From contig NC_068986.1 of assembly GCF_001194135.2 (NCBI RefSeq), forward strand, positions 94,959,070 through 94,994,974: a stretch of DNA of 35,905 nucleotides. Reading direction: 5' to 3'. Position numbers and translations under genes: made by a program. The notes beneath the pieces are model-generated. The model saw only the letters and a list, made by a program, of their open reading frames with translations, was not told the DNA's origin and searched no databases. Positions 34,436-35,905 of the stretch are shown in pieces (the stretch's first letter is position 1; each line of letters opens with the position of its first letter). Source of the stretch: Octopus bimaculoides. Lineage: Eukaryota.

Positions 34436-34552
34436 AGGAGCAACTCATCTCACAGGTCATTAACCTAACAATCTATTAATATAAAGCATACATACATAGT
34501 ACATACATACATACATACATACACACATACATACATACCTACATACATATCC

Positions 34553-34860
34553 TTGTCTTCGAAACGCGGAGTAGATGAAACAGGGACAACTGACGAAGGG
34601 GCATACTCTTTATATTGCATGTTTCGTTTCTCTGTTTGTTTGTTTTTTTCGCTGTTCGAAAAAAGTTCGTTTTCTATGTTTTCGTTTTTATGCTTTCGTT
34701 TCTCATTGTGTTTTACGTTTTTTCGATGTCCTGTACCCATATATGCATGTATGTATCCATATACATGCATATATATGTATCCATATATATGCATGTATGT
34801 ATCCATATAGATGTATCCATATGCATGTACGTATCCATATCGATGTAGGTATGTACATAT
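34553..34860 (+). mobile_element. Dispersed repeat, same family as 11020-11335 (possible Penelope-like pLTR)
   Basis: ttcgaaacgcggagtagatgaaacagggacaactgacgaagggg...cctgtacccatatatgcatg. Confidence 0.6.
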
Positions 34861-34927
34861 ATGCGTATATTTATATATTATTTATATCATATATATATAT
34901 ACATATATATATATATAAATATATATA

Positions 34928-35027
34928 NNNNNNNNNNNNNNNNNNNNNNNNNNNNNNNNNNNNNNNNNNNNNNNNNNNNNNNNNNNNNNNNNNNNNNNNN
35001 NNNNNNNNNNNNNNNNNNNNNNNNNNN
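34928..35027. other. Assembly gap (N)
   Basis: Direct. Confidence 1.
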
Positions 35028-35062
<35 letters not shown>

Positions 35063-35296
35063 ACACACTCACACAGATATATATATGGAATTAAAAAAAG
35101 AAAACAGGAGAGTTTTGGAACTTTTTCCAGTTTTCTGTTTTAATACGTAATTACTCAACAACATTTCCCAGTATTTAATAATATTCTCATATAAACCATA
35201 ACACCCACAAATATACTTTGGAGAACTGAAATACGAAGATGAGCTCCATGAGGTCACACCATGGATTATAACCTTTACCTATATACCATATACATA

Positions 35297-35905
35297 TACG
35301 TGGTCTGATCAATAGGTATCCGGACTGTTGTCATAGTAACGAAGCTAAAGCATGCAGAGTGAAACCACTTGGTAAAGAAACTCTGCTGCGCATGCACACT
35401 ACGTTTTAGCGCTCTAGCTCACTTCCGCTGTTTACAGCAGTGCTTGGAAGGAAGGTGTGTATCGTGTGATCGTCGCATTGACCACGAATCTGCATCAAAT
35501 TTTGTCAAAAGCTCAGAGGCCAACGCAAAGTTGCAGAAAGTGTATGGAGAGGAGTGTATGAGCCGAAAAATTGTCGATAGTGACTAACGTTCTGGGAGAC
35601 ATGCAACCAACAGAACTGAGAAAAACATCGCAGATGTGCGTGCAGCTTGGAGGGGAAATCGTCGAATCACCATCCGTGAGTTATCAGAGGATGTACAGAT
35701 TAGTTACGGTTCAGTTCAGTTCATTATCACTGAAGATTTGGGATGAGACACGTGTCTGCCAAGTTTGTGCCAAAACTGCTTTCAGCTGAGACAACGCACC
35801 TGCCCATTCAGTGCAGCTTGTGAAGCAGCTTTTGGCTAGGCACAGCATTCCCCAGGTCCGACAGCCACCGTATTCGCCAGATCTCGCCCCTTGCGACTTT
35901 TTCTT
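35297..35905 (+). mobile_element. Internally deleted mariner element, running off the window end
   Basis: TA plus 5' TIR cgtggtctgatcaataggtatccggact; HTH (NRRITIRELSEDVQISYGSVQ); FVPKLL fused almost directly to DNAPAH; PYSPDLAPCDF at 35868-35900. Confidence 0.9.

Noticed and set aside
3-35150. Many long ORFs in the track (poly-CV, HT, IY, poly-I/L/N, X runs)
   Set aside because: Translations of microsatellites and N gaps

Overview
Eukaryotic, gapped, AT-rich scaffold. The SINE, microsatellite and LINE spectrum points to a coleoid cephalopod, probably Octopus (inference). Bases 175-29414 (+) carry the 3' part of a spliced BCR/ABR-family gene, with 15 GT-AG exons that I joined by hand in one open frame: end of the PH domain, C2 domain, RhoGAP domain and stop. 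The 5' RhoGEF (DH) part lies upstream of the window. Main finding: the frame is intact, but the RhoGAP domain has lost its arginine finger (GIYRVSG -> SLYISKG), the conserved Lys and the conserved Asn. It therefore looks like a catalytically dead pseudo-GAP paralog, and it also lacks the C-terminal PDZ ligand. Introns and the downstream region are filled with tRNA-derived SINEs, R4/Dong-like, HERO-like, RTE-like and Tx1-like LINE relics, mariner and pogo-type elements, and a Chapaev-like transposase relic. Other notable features are a 57/60-bp intronic hairpin, a head-to-head repeat with hammerhead-like words, and an orphan 123-aa intronic ORF with a predicted signal peptide. All homology calls come from recalled family motifs, not database searches. 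Most ORFs in the supplied track are microsatellite or gap artefacts.
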